A stretch of 64,000 bases of DNA from Octopus bimaculoides. Taxonomy: Eukaryota. The stretch covers positions 16,451,883-16,515,882 of the forward strand of contig NC_069002.1 in NCBI RefSeq assembly GCF_001194135.2, given 5' to 3'. Under the pieces are notes generated by a model that was given only the letters and a program-made list of their open reading frames with translations, was not told the DNA's origin and made no database searches. The translations under genes and the position numbers were made by a program. This document shows positions 62,950 through 64,000 of this stretch, piece by piece. The number at the start of each line of letters is the position of its first letter. The stretch's first letter is position 1.

Positions 62950-63989
62950 TCGGGTCATCCCTCATAAAAAATGCGGTTTTTTCAATTGCTTGAACTAAAA
63001 GTCGGAGGGGGGCGGGATAACCTACCTGCATCAACTTGCTATAAAACCAGGTAATAATTTTACCTTGTTCTTATTCTGAGTGCAAGTTTTGAAGAATGCA
63101 GTTTAGTTTTAAGTTATTTTTTCAAAGCTATAATGGAAGTGACGAAGGACCATATTCGGCATATTTTATTCTACGAGTTCAATAAAGACAACAACGCAAA
63201 CCCTGATGGAACAAAATCCCATCGTACCTGTTGAGGAACTAGCAGAGAAGCTTGGATTTGGTTATTCAACCATTCATCGATACCTGCGTGCCATCGGAAA
63301 AGTCAGCAAATTAGGTCAATGGGTTCCTCACAAACTTTCCGAGTCTAATCGCGCGCAGAGAGTGAAATTGTGCTCTTCATTGCTGTCACGTCTCACGAAT
63401 GAACCTTTTTTTAACTGAATAGTAACCGGTAACGAGAAATGGGTTCTCTATAAAAATGTCAAGCGCCGAAGACAGTAGGTAGGGAAAGGAGAAACACCAG
63501 CACCCCAGGTTAAAGAAGGTCTTTACCCACGTAAGGTGTTGCTATCTGTTTAGTGGAATATGAAAGGTTTAGTCCAATTTGAATTTTTAAACCTAAACCA
63601 AACGATAACAAAGAAGATCTACTGCGAGCAGCTTGAACGGCTTAAGTCAGCGCTCGAAGAAAAACGAAGAGTTTGAATGGGAAACGATGCCCCGCCCACC
63701 ATATTCGCAGGACAATTGCCCCATCTGATTATGATTTATTGCACAGTGTTCAATATCATTTGGACGGAAAAAATATGAATTCTGTAGACGAGGTCAGAAC
63801 AGTACTGGGGGAGTATTTTTCGTCACGGATAAGTGAATTTTGGAAGAGGGGCCTTGCAAGTCTATCAGATAGATGGAAGAGCATTGTAGAAAACGAAGGA
63901 GAGTATATTTTAGATTAAAAAGAACTTTATCTTAATTTTGAAAGATAAAAGAAGTATAAAAAACCCGCATCATATATGGGATGACCCAA
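62950..63989 (+). mobile_element. Mariner (DD34D-type) transposon, both TIRs present, internally deleted and with stops
   Basis: TA-flanked TIRs (T(C/T)GGGTCATCCC...GCGG). ATG at 63133, WVPHKL motif, (T)IAPSDY motif, W...GL..L..RW C-terminus. Confidence 0.93.
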
Positions 63990-64000
63990 TATATATATAT

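Overview
AT-rich, gap-ridden, repeat-dense animal genomic DNA. The SINE, RTE-LINE and microsatellite landscape looks like an Octopus genome; this is an inference, not a database result. The window holds one intact protein-coding gene, + strand ALDH18A1/P5CS (delta-1-pyrroline-5-carboxylate synthase, glutamate 5-kinase fused to gamma-glutamyl phosphate reductase). I rebuilt it by hand as 14 GT-AG coding exons (20411-55270, 2361 nt, 786 aa, phases consistent) with an N-terminal mitochondrial presequence. The rest is mostly transposon debris: tRNA-type SINEs, RTE/CR1/RLE LINE pieces, a Penelope-like RT, mariner/maT copies and MITEs. Two signals stand out. (1) Hammerhead-ribozyme retroelements: a 360-bp retrozyme-like unit with terminal redundancy (35599-36005), two related copies in inverted-repeat form (9781-10274, 57148-57474), and a separate Penelope-type hammerhead inside a hairpin in a sense-strand intron (51870-52070). 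(2) Two intronic minisatellites that are tandem copies of the splice signal next to them: a 34-bp branch point/polypyrimidine/AG array before coding exon 10 and a 24-bp GTAAGT donor array after coding exon 11. All structures were read by eye; no folding or search was run.
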